Source: Vicugna vicugna
Lineage: Eukaryota
Assembly (NCBI GenBank): GCA_013265495.1
Contig: MU058687.1
Coordinates: 868,001 to 932,000, forward strand
Direction of reading: 5' to 3'
DNA: 64,000 nucleotides
Shown: positions 38,395-50,841 of the stretch, piece after piece
Layout of the letters: every line of letters begins with the position of its first letter
Position numbering within the stretch: the stretch's first letter is position 1
Position numbers and translations under genes: made by a program
The notes under the pieces: generated by a model
What the model saw: the letters and a program-made list of their open reading frames with translations, nothing else
Databases searched by the model: none
What the model was told of the DNA's origin: nothing

Positions 38395-40984
38395 AAAGCC
38401 ATTTCTAACTAGGTTAGCTAGCAATAAATATATGACATAAACATATTATATGTGATCAAACTGAATGTTTTCCCAACATAACCAATGAAAATGTGACAGT
38501 AAACTCAACTGAATGTATTCTCAACTCAAATTCCCTTAGTTACTTCTCCGAATGCCATAGCCCCCCCACCTCAGCTGACATGAAGAGAGGTGTGACAGAG
38601 AAGAAACTGGGGTGGAGGCAGTGGTCTCAACCTATTATAGTTCAAAAATCTTACTTTAGCAAATATTATAAAATATATGACCTTGAAAAATATATGACTT
38701 TGGAAGGGGCTCATGCGAGTAAGGGGCCCTACGTGTAAGAATTCTCAGGACACCTGCCCCTGGTGGCTGGATTGCTTGAAGCTCAGACATAGGCTATTTT
38801 AAGATCTGTAGGTTTCAGCCCCACCCTGTATGTGTGAGAGAGGAGAGTGGCTCACTATTGTTCTGGGCTCTCCTTTTCTTTGGTGCTTCTCAACCTCCAG
38901 GGTTCACCAGGAATTTGGCCCCTGAGGTTGGACTTCATAGCAGGAGACATCAGTATTCCTAAGTTCAATTTTTTCTCCTCTTTAGCATTTTCTTAGTTTC
39001 ATTTACCCTTTTAATTTTTAAACGACAGTTTCTTCTAAAAAAAATTCCAGGTCTGTTTTTGTTGACTAGGAGGGCGAAGGGATTTAGCCACCCCTAGGCT
39101 AGGCCAGTTGCAGGGATGAGATCACCCCAAGGGGCAGGCATGGTACAGAGGTTCATCAATGCCAGGGCCCCACGTGAGCCAGTGGAGGTAGGAAGGGCAA
39201 TGCCAGCATTTGTAGCAGGTTCTGTGATTTACAAAATATTGTTCACATCCTTTATCTCCTTTGAGCTTCACACCCACTCAGTGGGGTACACTGTGTAGGT
39301 GTTAGAATCAATCTTTTCCAGTTAAGGGAGATTGAGTAATTTATCCAACGAGTATTCAACTAAGAAGTGGCAAGGTCAGGGTGTGAACCCAGATCTTCCA
39401 AATTCAAATCTACAACAAAGTCAAAGATACCTGGGGGTATTGGTTTACCATCGTTAATAATAAGGATGATAATGTTACCAACCTTTTTTTTTTTTTAAGG
39501 CTAAATATGTGTCCAACTGTGCTAGCACTTTCCATGAACTTTCACGAATCCACACTATCCTCTGATATGAGCTGGGTTTGAAGGGTAGGGAAGCTGGACT
39601 GAATGAGACGGGAAGCAGTGCTCATGGGGGTGCACAATATAAGCAAAGGCTTGAAGGCAGGATGAGCTGAGCTTGTTCAGACGGCATTCACAGTGCCTGC
39701 AGAGCCGCTGTCCTGGGACCTCCAGCCCAGTCAGGTAGGCCTCCTAGCACACTCTTCCCTCTTGGTGGAAAGGGGCTGCTCCCAGATAAAGTGGAAAGTG
39801 GGCTCTGGCATAGCCCTGGCGGCAGCAGCAGCTGGAAGGGGCTTGCAGCCTGTTACTATGCGAGACAGAGACCTGCCAGGGTGAGCTGGATGTCACTGAG
39901 GCCCTCAGCTCTGCAGTCAAGTGATGAGCTTGGCTCTCATCCCGCACCTTTGAAGTTTAATGGGACTCTTGGTCCATGGGCCTTGGCCAGATCCTGCCAT
40001 TTAGTTCCTCTTCCACTCCCCGCTAGGGGCCTGCAGCCCAGACAACTCCCTAAGGAACCTCCTCCAGCAGATTTGGAGGAGATGGAGGGGCACCATTTAC
40101 CCTGCAGGGGGATGAGAAAAGTGCAGGTTCAAAGAGCAGCAGAAGCTTGAGGAGGCAGAACGGTGGGACTGGATGGAGAAGTGCCTGCCAGACAGGCTCT
40201 CTCGGGTCCCAGAAGTCAGAGGCCTACACAGTTGGTCTCTGGTTTGGAAGATGAACAGAACAGTCTGAATTTGACTGTCCTGCCCCCAAACTTCACCTCC
40301 TTTGACCTTGTGTTATATAAGGTGTTGGGGCCTGCTTGACACCTCATCACTGGACATGTGAGCTTGGCAAGTTGCTTCTCTGTGCCTCAATTTCCTCATC
40401 TGTAAAATGAGAACAGCAGTTGTCTTTACCTTGCAGGCTGATGTGAAGATTAAATGACTTAATACAGGCAGTGCTTAGAACAGCCCATGGCACAGTGTTA
40501 GATGCTGGCTATTATTTTTACAAGAGTTTTGAGATTACTTCCCAGTATTTTCCCTTGGGGTGTTGCTGTTATTTAAAATGGATTGGGATTTCAGGGCAAG
40601 CACTAGAGAAACTTGAATCCCTGCTAGCGAGACTTTTGAGGCTGCTGTGATAACGGCTATCACTGGCTGGTTTCTCCTCTCCTGCCACCCCCAGTCCTAG
40701 GCTAGCTTCACTGCTCTGGCTCATGGTCTGTTACCGGCAGCTGCAGCTGGAGAAGGTGTTTAATACTTCTTTAGCACCTCCCAACTGCTCACTGCTCGTT
40801 GTGGGCACTAATCACTTGCTTCCTCCGGAGTGATTCTGAGCTGCCTTTGGGAAGCATGTGCTGCCTGGAGGCTTCACCAGCTGGTCCCAATTCCCTGCCT
40901 TGGTTGCTTCCTCTGCCCAGAGGGTGAAACAACTTACTGGTTAGATTTTGGTGACACATACGCACATCAAAAAAATTAAAAATA

Positions 40985-41372
40985 GATATCACTCATATGT
41001 GGAATCTAAAAAGAAAAAAAGACACAAGTGAACTTATTTATAAAACAGAAGCAGACTCACAGATATAGAAAACAAACTTATGGTTACCAGAGGGGAAAGG
41101 GAGTGGGAAGGGATAAATTGGGAGTTCAAGATTTGTAGATACTAACTGCTATATATAAAATAGATAAACAAGTTTCTTCTGTGTAACACAGGGAACTATA
41201 TTCAATATCTTGTAGTAACCTATAATGAAAAAGAATATGAAAACAAATGTATGTATGTATATGTATGACTAAAACATTATGCTGTACACCAGAAACTGAC
41301 ACAAAATTGTAAACTGACTATACTTCAAGAAAAAAAAGAAGAGAGAGGAAAAACACAGGAAAAAAAAAAAAA
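40985..41372 (+). mobile_element. L1 3' end (ORF2 terminus, 3' UTR, A-rich tail)
   Basis: ATATCACTCATATGTGGAATCTAAA ORF2 end, TGGTTACCAGAGGGGAAAGGG 3' UTR motif and A tail. Confidence 0.9.
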
Positions 41373-44300
41373 GGTCAGATCCTTTGCAGCACCTGAAATA
41401 AAACTTTTAAACAGCCTTTCCCAGTCTTCCTCCTCTTCTTCCCCACCCCACACCTGCAGACCTGCCCCCTCATCCTTGCCACCAGTGGTTTGGTACAGGA
41501 ATCAGAGAGAAGGCAAGGGCCCAAATCTGAAGCAGATGTTTGGGACGAGGAGCAAGGCTGGGGTGGAGACAATAGGAAGGATGTGGACCCAGCTAGAACT
41601 GCTTGTTGCCCTGACCTACTGCCAAGGCTGAGAAAAATAGAGCGACTGTTCCCGGTTAAATACCCAATGTTTACTTGTGCCAGACTTTCCTGGGCCTCAA
41701 TCCTTAGAGTCTCTGGCTCTGCTTCCAGAGTTCTCCATATCCTTGTGCCAACCACTATCTTGGCCCCCTTTTCTGACCATGCCAAGCCCCTATAAGCCCA
41801 GCCTGACCCCTAAAAGTCAGGACTGGAGAATTTTTCTTTTAATTCCCCCATAGTTAATCTCCAGTGACATTTTTGGAGCCCATACTCAAGATACGATCTG
41901 ACAAAAGGGTTCTGTGCTGCTTCCAGGTGTGAGAGGCTGTCTGAGAAGACATAGCTTGGATGCCAAAACAAGAGAATTTCAAGGTGTAGGGGGATCTCAC
42001 TCAGAACTATTGAAACCAGAACCTTTGTGGAGCAGGCAGATGCATGGCTGCTGTATCCAAACCCACCTCCAGACACCTCCAGAGATGCACTCGTGAGCCT
42101 GCCAGGATCAGACAACACGTTTGGCTACCCCAACTGGGAGAGCTAGAGTCAGATCTATAGGAGAATTTGCCTCTGTTGCTTTGACTTTTTGAGGAGACGC
42201 AGGCTGGCATTACCATGAAAAGATATCAGAGAAAACCCTCTGGGAAAAGGAGCCTGAAGACTGTCCTCAAGGCAACGGTCTGACCCAAGGCCCATCCAGC
42301 TGTGATCCATCCCAGAAGCTTGGGGGATCAGCTTTAAGATCTACCCAAACTCCAGAGAGGACTAAGCATCAGCTGCAGCACACTGCAAAGAGATGACCAA
42401 GGCCTCCAGTTTCCTGGGTTTGATAAACATTGAGAAAAATTGGAGCAACACTCAGTGTTTCCACCTAAAGTGGCCACAACCAACCAACCTCATGGCTATT
42501 CATGAAACTGATATGCCTCTTCATACCTCTGGGTTCATGGGAAATAACATTACTTCGTCTTTCCTCTGCCACCCCGTAGTTATTCTGATCATAGTACAAA
42601 CCTTTTGATTGCTTTAGTGTTGGAGATACCTCCCTCTCCCCATTCACTCAAGATCTGAATTTCAGTCACTGTTCTGCAGTCTACCAGCCAATCCCCTGGT
42701 GCCTAAGTCAGTCCCTCAGGTCTGCTTTATCTGGGAGAGTATGCTAAAGGGGGAGTGGGTCCTAAGATGATGCAGTCCCCTTTCCCAGCCTATCCTCAGA
42801 ACTGCTCAGTTGTGATGGCCTATTTACGGCACAATGAGGGGCTTGCTCCTTGGGTCAGTTTGGAATCCATCTTTGCAAGGGTTCTTGCTTCTCTGAAAAT
42901 CAACAGGGAGACTAACATCCCTCCCTTTGTATACATGTAAGGAGCTAGACAAATTTCACTTGCAGCTTTTACTCTATTACTTTGGAAAATCTCCAATGCA
43001 TAAACAGAAATGACCCCCCCCCAATTAAACAGGAGTGAGAGAAACTATGGGGGTGGGTGGTGATGGCTTTGGGTGCTTAAGCCTTGGGGAAAGGAAATTC
43101 TAAGGAATATGGATTGTTTATATATCTGTCTCCCCCCACAAGACTGTGAGCTGTTCAGACGCAGGGATCACATTCTATCTTGTGTGTCTTTAGCTCCCTG
43201 CACAGTTCCTGATACACAGGAAATGTTTGCTGAAATGCAGAGATGCAAAGAACTAAAGGGAAAAGAAAGCCCATAAAACCAATGATGGAACAGAAGTATC
43301 AGGGTTTTTTCGTTTGTTTGTTTGTTTTTTGGTAGGGGCAAGGGAGGTACTCATATAGGAAATGAAAACAATAACTTGAGTGTAGACCTAGGATTTATGA
43401 GAACTAGCACAAACCGATGACACACACATCATCTTCCTCTTACACAATAACACAACACTTCGTTTTCAGTGTAACTTAAAAGCCATCAAAGGCTCTCCAG
43501 CTGGCTTGCAAATAGATATCCCTGACTCTGCTAATGGGCAAACTGAAGAATGTCTTGGCAACTCCTTCGAGTGGGAGTTCTGAGTAGACAGGGAACATTG
43601 TTGATCTGTCAAAAGAGGGTAAGATTCAGAAAGATTCCTTCATATGCAAGACCATAATGCAGGTGAAGTGGGGGTTGTAGAAACAAAGGGGGACTTCATC
43701 CCAGAGAGGTTCAGGACCCCTCACCCTGGAGGAGATACTATGCTTATAGTTCCAATAGAATCAGTTTTGTTTGAGGTGTGTGTCTCCCTTTAACTCTGGC
43801 ATTCTTGAAAATGTTTCCTTCCTCAGCGAGATATCCACCAGAGATTTGGCCTTTGCCAAATGGTGCTGTTTCATGAAAGAAGAGCTTAGAGACAAAAGAT
43901 TTACTTAAATGAGTCTTTTTCTGCAGACTTAAGTTACCAGAGATAAACATCAGGTTATTGTGTAGCGTGTCTGACCTCATTCTAATACTTGATTTGCATA
44001 CAGCCTATGGATTTTCCACCAAAGTGGGGATATTAAAATTTTGGGATTTTCTTCGTCAGTTATATCCTCAAGGGTGTCTTTTATACTCTATGCAGGATTC
44101 ATTTAACCTTGTAAATCACTTCACTCAAGTCATTAGTAGGTATTCTATGGAATTTCCTATGCAAAAGATTCTAAAGCTACTACCAATTGCTGTATCTCTT
44201 ACAAGCTATCTATGCTGACTAAATAGGGCGTTCTCCTCAAAATCCCAAATCCTCTGGTGACTGACAGGTAGACAAAGGTACAAAGTGCTCATCTGTCACA

Positions 44301-46591
44301 CAGTGTCACCAAGTGAATGTGACACTGTCAGTGAACACAGGTGGCCCAGTGCCTGTGTTGTTTCTTGATCTAAGCTAACCTACTAGACACAAACCAGCAA
44401 TGGGGAAAGAGTTTGGGCTTTGAGATGAAACAGACTCATGTTCAAATACTGCTCTGCCTCTGGCTAGCTAAGGAAATTTGGCAGCTGCTTATCCTCTCTG
44501 AGCCTCAACTGTGTCTCGTGTAGAATGGAGAAAACAAGACTTTCCTTGCAGGGTCGTTGTCAACATGAGACAACATATATTAAAGTTCTTAGCATAAGGG
44601 GAGAGCTCAAAAAATGGCAGCTGTTACCATAATTCAGTAATCAGGTAAGTTAAGGGGTTTTAGGTTGCTTACCATATGATACAGGTTTCGATGCAGTCCT
44701 CTCAAATACTTCCTCTGGCTCTTGGAGGGTCATATGAAGGAGGTCTCTTCTGATCTGGGGTCTTCTTCACAGGTCTTGAAAACCCATTCTCTCTGGCCTG
44801 CCTGGATGTGGCAGGAGCTGGCCAAGGAACGCAGACACGGCAAGGTGGGAAAAGAGCCCCACCCCATACCAGTCATCCCCTCTAGCATCCCCTATTGCCC
44901 CCAGACCCATGGAGCCACCTGCTGTAGAAACTACCAGGGCCCTGAGCTATAATTAATATGGTATCACACATATTGTATATAGCAAAACTTTTTTTCCAAG
45001 GGATCCAAGTTATTAGTCAATTTTCTTTAGTTAACAGCATCATTTTGCAGGTCAGAAAACTAACACTGAAAGATCGTCTTGCCCAAGGTTGAACCATGGG
45101 AGTTAAAATATGAATCTTCAAACTCATCAATTCATGGCTGCCTACCCTTTGAGCATCCCATTCTGCACACTCAATGCAAAAGCATTTAAAGGGCATCTTG
45201 AGAAAAGGCCAAATGACAGGAGATGCCTATTCCGCAAGGGAGGATGGAGGCCTGGGGGCCCTTAAGTCAGAAACAGGATGCAAGCAGGTTCTTGTCATCT
45301 GGGTGGGCCATGTAGTCAAGGACTCAGTAAAATTAGTAAAAGAAATTTATATCCTCACCTACCTCCTTGAGTAGTCCAAGACTGACTTCCTCCTAGAATC
45401 ACCCTGAAAAGGTGAAGTCCTAAGACTTTGCTCACTCAGAAAGTTGACTGGTTGGCCAGCTGAACATGGTTTAAGGCATTCATGACCATCTTGCAGAGAC
45501 TATACCTGGGTTCACTGCTAAGAACCAGCAGGCAGCCTGCTGTGGCTGCCAAAAAGTATTCTTATACAAGCAACATTAAAATGAACTGAATTTGGGGGGT
45601 GAGAAAGGTATTCATAGCAAGGCGTATCTCAACTCTAGCAGTCCCCCGTCACATACAAACCAAGATCTTCATCATGCTCCCTGCAGATTTCTAAATCCAC
45701 TCCCTTTGCACTCCAAAAACAGTAAGCTCTCCAAGAACTCTGGGATAGCTTTCTGTTAGAAGGTACACAGATTCAGTACCCTGAGTCAGAAATACTAGCC
45801 ATCCCACAATTTTTGAGACAGTTTAGTACTGAGTCATTTTCAATACCACTACACGTATATGCTATTCAAGAACCTGCTGGCCACCAAAGAGATCACGTTA
45901 GATCAGCCCACAAAACTGCTTCAGGGTATAAAAACAAAGGACTATCCAATTTAGTATATCTGGGGAAAGCCCTTTGCAGAGAGATCTTGTGGTCTTTGAA
46001 TATGACTCATCAGATCGAGCAATAGGAATCTGAACTAGGTTCTCATGGGGTGACAGTGGTTCCAGAAGATTTAAAACTAATTGTGAGTAGTAATTACTAT
46101 ACAGAAATTGACCTTGAGATGACATGGGCTCTTTTTAACCCTCTCCCCACTGTGATTTTTAGGACAGACTGTTTGAAAAGGGGATTGGTGAAAAAGCCTA
46201 AAAGTCACGACAATAGTTACCTCTAAAAGGGTGGGAGGAGACTTGCTCTGCAGTGCTGTTTTCTTTCTCTCCTGGACAGTGGTTACATGTGCACTTCCCC
46301 TATAATTATTTAAGTTGTGTATGTTTGTATGTCCTTTTTTTGGTATACATGTTCATCCCAAAATAAAAGAAAAAGGAATCATTCATTTTTAAATGAAAGT
46401 ATTACAGGATAGTTTGAGCTCATCTATTATGCTTGAGGCTCTAAGTGAAGCCAAAGCAGAGGTAAGGAGTACGCTGGTCAAGCTGCTGGCTGGAGAACCT
46501 CTACTGTAGTCCTAAGAAAAGGGTGGCTGGGTAGAGGTCTGAGAACTTGACCTGCAGGGGCTCAGCGGTAACAATGCATGAGAAACTGAAA

Positions 46592-46596
<5 letters not shown>

Positions 46597-46640
<44 letters not shown>
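46597..46640. repeat. Perfect (TG)22 microsatellite
   Basis: Direct reading of the sequence. Confidence 0.97.
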
Positions 46641-46643
<3 letters not shown>

Positions 46644-47124
46644 GGAGGACACTGAGAAATATGTGATTATACGCAAATGAGAAAGCTATCCATCAAAGTG
46701 CTATTACCTCTGGATGGCAAGTAACTTAACTTTTCTGGTACCTTTTTTTATTTCCAAATTTTCTACACTGAGTTTCTTATGTAGTAAAACAACAACAAAT
46801 TAATGTTTAAAAGACCAATGACAACAGACATCCTCTGTTTTTGTCAAACTGGTTTTTTGGAGCTGAGCACAGGCACCTGTCCCAGCCCTTGGTGGTCTGT
46901 GCAAATGAGCACTGTGGGCCTGCCTGGCAGCATGGACAGCAATCAGGGAAGGGTGGAAGGGCAAGAAGGTCCTGGCCAGGCCTGGGCTCCGGAGTACATT
47001 CTACCCCAGCTGACTCCTTCTGAAGGGATTACTGGGGAAATGCAGAAACATTTCTAAAATTTCCTTTTCCTTCCCCACCTCCAATTTAAGCCCTGAAGCA
47101 TCACTTAAAGCAGTCACTTGCTCC

Positions 47125-49609
47125 TTAGTCCTTTTAAACATTCATTTATTTACTGTACAAAATTTTTACACTACCACTGCAACTGTCTGGCCCGTTTGCC
47201 TGGCCTGACAAATCTGCAGCAGGGCTTGGTCTCTGCTGAAGTTCTAGAAACACGCTGACGTTCTCCTTGGTGTTCACTTGGTGCCTGGTCTCCTTCAAAG
47301 ACACTCAAAGGCCAGGAGGTTAGCTGGCCCCCCAAGTATCTGGGCCACAAGGGCATAAATAAAAGAACTGGACAAAATAAGAAACGTGAATAGAAAATTG
47401 CTCAAGAAGTAACAGACACTCTTCCTTCTCTCCGACATGTTGTACCTTTCCCCACAGTGGCTAGTTCCAAAGCAGGATTAGGAAAAAAGGTCAAAGAAAA
47501 AGGTCAAAAGAACAAAGATAACTTTTCAACAGAATTAGGAGAGATTAAACTAGAAGAATAGAAAACCACAACAGTACCAAAGGGTTTTTTTGTTAAACAA
47601 AGATCCTAGGGCTAAGAACCACCACAGGACGCAGCTGTGCTGCAATGGTACCCAGGATGCTCTGAAAAGTGCTGTAACTAGAGCTTAAAATGACAGACCT
47701 AGCCATGAAAATCAACTTAAGCTCCAGCATCAGTCTCTGGAGGGGAGAATGCAGAATCCAAAAGAGGAACAATGGCCAAAGACAGCAAAACCAGCCCACG
47801 TGCCCCCAGCTGGAAATCCCTCTCTGGGCCCGAGGGGCAGCATCATGTTTCCCAAGAGGACGATGAAACCTGCCTGTACATATCCCGTGGGAAAACACTG
47901 GGGCAGGCAGCAGCACCTTGTCCTGGTCCCTGAGGAGAGCAGTGACCATGTGGCATGGAGGACCCTGGGGTATAGAGGCCCTGTTGCTAGATCCTAGACC
48001 CCAAGGATGAGTGAGGTCAGCATCCATGCCAAGGACAAATGACAACTGCAAAGGAGTGAGGTCAGGCAGGAAGTGTAGCAGCTCAGAAGGCATGTTCCTC
48101 ATGATCCCTGGGAACAGGAGGGCTCAGACGTGCTTCCAGGAGGCCAAGGCATTGCTGCAAGTCCCGCCTCATCTCTGGACTCTTTGTACTTGCTGGTTTT
48201 GGCAATAAAGATGGCTTGTAATATTCTTAGAGTCAAATGCCCCATTGGGAATGGTAGCTTGCAGCAAAGCCTTCTTAAAAACAGAAACTTGGGAACTTGA
48301 TGAAATTTTGAGTCTTGAAAATGTTTTCATTCAAATCACAAAAACGGTTGTCGTCATCTTCCAAGAAACAGCTGCAAGTTCTCTTCAATCATCATGTAAC
48401 AGTGAATCTAATCTATCTTCCTCCCTCCTTAGTTCCCCTTCCTGGTAACTGATGGAGTGACAAGAAGTGACTGGGATAACTAGGTGTTATCGTCTGACAC
48501 ATCTCCTCTATGTGTTCCCAGCATCCTGACCCTAAGGACCTGTGATCAGCAATTAAATTACTGATTCCTTTTCTCTTGCCTTGGGGCTGTCCAAGAACAC
48601 CACGCAGAGAGAGAAGCAGGCATCAGTAGCATGTTATCTTACTGTCTCAATCGCTTGCTCCAAAATTTTCCTCGGTAGAAATCTAAAGAATCCCCGGCTC
48701 TTAGCAGATTGCATAACTTGGAGGTAAGTGGCCAGGCCCAGCCACGCCTCAGTAAAAAGAACAAACTCAGGGACAAGCATCAGTAGTCTTCAAGCCAGCC
48801 ACGTGCCTAGGCATGCCCCATAACCCTAAAGGAGAATCACATTCAGCACTGGAGGCAACAGCCCAGCTATCTTTCACATTCTTAGGTCTGTCTGTTTGTC
48901 TCACTGGCTCATATTCAAGAAAAAGCTTATTAGAGAGTTCTTCTGTATGGATTAATGATCATTTCCAGAAATGCTTGCAAGGAAAGCTCCTTTTCCAGTT
49001 CTGACACCTCAAAAAAAAAAAAAAAAAGATCCTTTTGTGCTATCAGTCACTATGAGAGGTAGTCCAGTGCCACAGCCTGAGCACAAGTCCAGTGCAGAGG
49101 GACAAAACTGAAGACTGCTCACATGGGCCACTTCCTATCTGGGCTGCTTCTGGCGAGAAGTAGCAATCACCCTGCCCATGAGAAGGACTTGCTGACCTCA
49201 GGTCAAGTAGGTAGGGCCACAGAAGGGAGGTTTAAGGAGCATCAGCAGAGGAGGCTGAGCTACGCTGAGCAATACCAGCTCTCCAAGAAATCTCCCTCAG
49301 CTACTGAGGCAGCTCCCGCTACTGAGATCTTCTAGGAACCAATGGAAATTACAGCAGCATGGCCCTTTTCTTGGAACTGAGTGAGTAGCTCAGATTACGT
49401 ACCTGCCAAAGTGGCCTGTAGGGGAGAAGGGAAGGAAGGGGGGCGAGGGAAGGACAAGGCCTGTAGGCAACCAAATACTCCAGACACTGGGGAGCATGCA
49501 GCAGCTTCTGGCTGATGGTTATGTGTATGTGAGGGTCAGTGGTTATGTGTGTTCTGTGCACCTGGATGCTCCAGAAAGCACGGGTGCCAAGTGGACGGCA
49601 GGAGAGTGG
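47125..49609 (-). other. AREL1: AREL1 3' UTR (~2.5 kb)
   Basis: Largely repeat-free sequence between the stop codon and the poly(A) signal; 3' end approximate. Confidence 0.7.
47145..47150 (-). terminator. AREL1: AREL1 polyadenylation signal AATAAA
   Basis: Minus strand TGTACAGTA-AATAAA-TGAATG, with a UGUA element just upstream. Confidence 0.7.
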
Positions 49610-49712
49610 TCAGAGCATGCCAAAGCCCTCGCAGCCCTCGCTGATGGCCAGCTGCAGCATCCTGTGCACTTCTTCATATGAGTCATATGTAGGGAGGCAC
49701 AGCTGGTTGAAA
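49610..49712 (-). CDS. AREL1: AREL1 last coding exon (CFNQLCLP...EGFGML*)
   Basis: cag|T TTC AAC...CTC TGA; stop at 49612-49610. Confidence 0.97.
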
Positions 49713-49821
49713 CTGGAAGGCCAAGGAGAGAGCAGTGATTAATTCACACCATGAGAAACGCTGGCAAGGGCCGGAAACGTAATCCCCCATGACAGCATGC
49801 ATCAGGCAGTCAGATACCCAC

Positions 49822-49997
49822 CACGTGTGTGCAGTTGGTAGCGTGCTATGGGTCGGAGCGGCAATAATCTGGAATGAGGGACAGAGGGCGGCAAAGCCTC
49901 CAGGTGGTAGCTGAGAGGAGCCTGTTGTGAACTGAAGCAGCCGAGCCAACTCCTCCTGTGTTAAACTGGAAACCACGGTCCAAAACCACCTCATGAC
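49822..49997 (-). CDS. AREL1: AREL1 penultimate exon (VMRWFW...LPTAHT), HECT C-lobe
   Basis: cag|GTC...ACG TG|gtgggt, 176 nt; LLQFTTG and LPTAHTC HECT motifs. Confidence 0.97.
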
Positions 49998-50418
49998 CTG
50001 GCAGGGAGAGAACAAGGCTGGGGTTACACCCGTGTGTAGCCTGGGATTTGACCCCTAGGGGAAGGGACAGGATATTCTGAAGTGGGGGTGGGTCCCAGTG
50101 ACTGCCCACTGAGGACACAGGTAGGAATGGTGAAGACAATCTCTTTAAAAGGAACTGATATTGTCACACAGACTGGAGGGTAGTTGCTGACTGCTGGTTC
50201 TATTTCTTTGCCTTTCCAATGTACTGCCCCTGGGGCAGTCAGCATGACAGCCCTGGGGACCAGGGCTCCCTTCTGCCTGGACAACCACCTGCTTTCCCAC
50301 ATATATCACACTTCCCCAGTTGACATGTCTGCTTCTCCAACTCCTTGACTTCTTTCTTCTGAAACTTTTCCCTTCCAATATAGCACAAATCAAACTAAAA
50401 GAAGTTTGGCTCACTTAC

Positions 50419-50508
50419 CTTTTCTCTGAAATGCCATGAGCCACCAACAACCACTGCATGCGCTTTGAAGTCAGATACATTGATGTCCCCAGTCCCACAC
50501 ATCAGCAA
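50419..50508 (-). CDS. AREL1: AREL1 coding exon (LLMCGTGDI...HFREK), HECT
   Basis: cag|TTG...AAG|gtaagt, 90 nt. Confidence 0.97.
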
Positions 50509-50721
50509 CTGGAGAAAACAGACAGGTGTTACTTGGATAGTCAGAGGGGCAAAGACCCACCATAAAGTCAAAATTACCTATGTTGATGTGCAAAATATGG
50601 AATAAAGAAAACACCAAAAAAGAGGATAGAAGGTGAGGTCATAATGCCAGAACACCGCTTCAGGAAAATCAATTATAACCAGTGCAGTAAAAATCACACA
50701 GCTTAAAAATATATATATATT

Positions 50722-50841
50722 TGCCTATGGCCTTACCTTAGACCTACTGAATTAGAATCTCTAGTGATGGGTTACAAGCTTGCATATTTTGAAAAAGTTT
50801 CCTAAGCATTTCTGATGTGCACCCCTAATTAAGAACTGCTG
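50722..50841. mobile_element. MER5-like DNA transposon relic
   Basis: AGACCTACTGAATTAGAATCTCT...TTCTGATGTGCA...AGAACTGCTG. Confidence 0.6.

Larger units (their letters stand above)
21850..40755 (+). pseudogene. Candidate decayed multi-exon gene with SFI1/C1orf167-like repeats
   Basis: Exon-like segments at ~22071-22613, ~26870-27376, ~30545-30830, ~34860-35046, ~35690-35820, 35953-36022, 36411-36577, 38145-38198, 39786-39880, 40027-40162 and 40695-40755. Several have plus-strand AG/GT boundaries, W-R-rich helical motifs and internal stops. Homology not verified. Confidence 0.35.

Noticed and set aside
38754..38768. CCACCAGGGGCAG CTCF-like motif (minus strand)
   Set aside because: One base short in the G-run, which breaks the core spacing.
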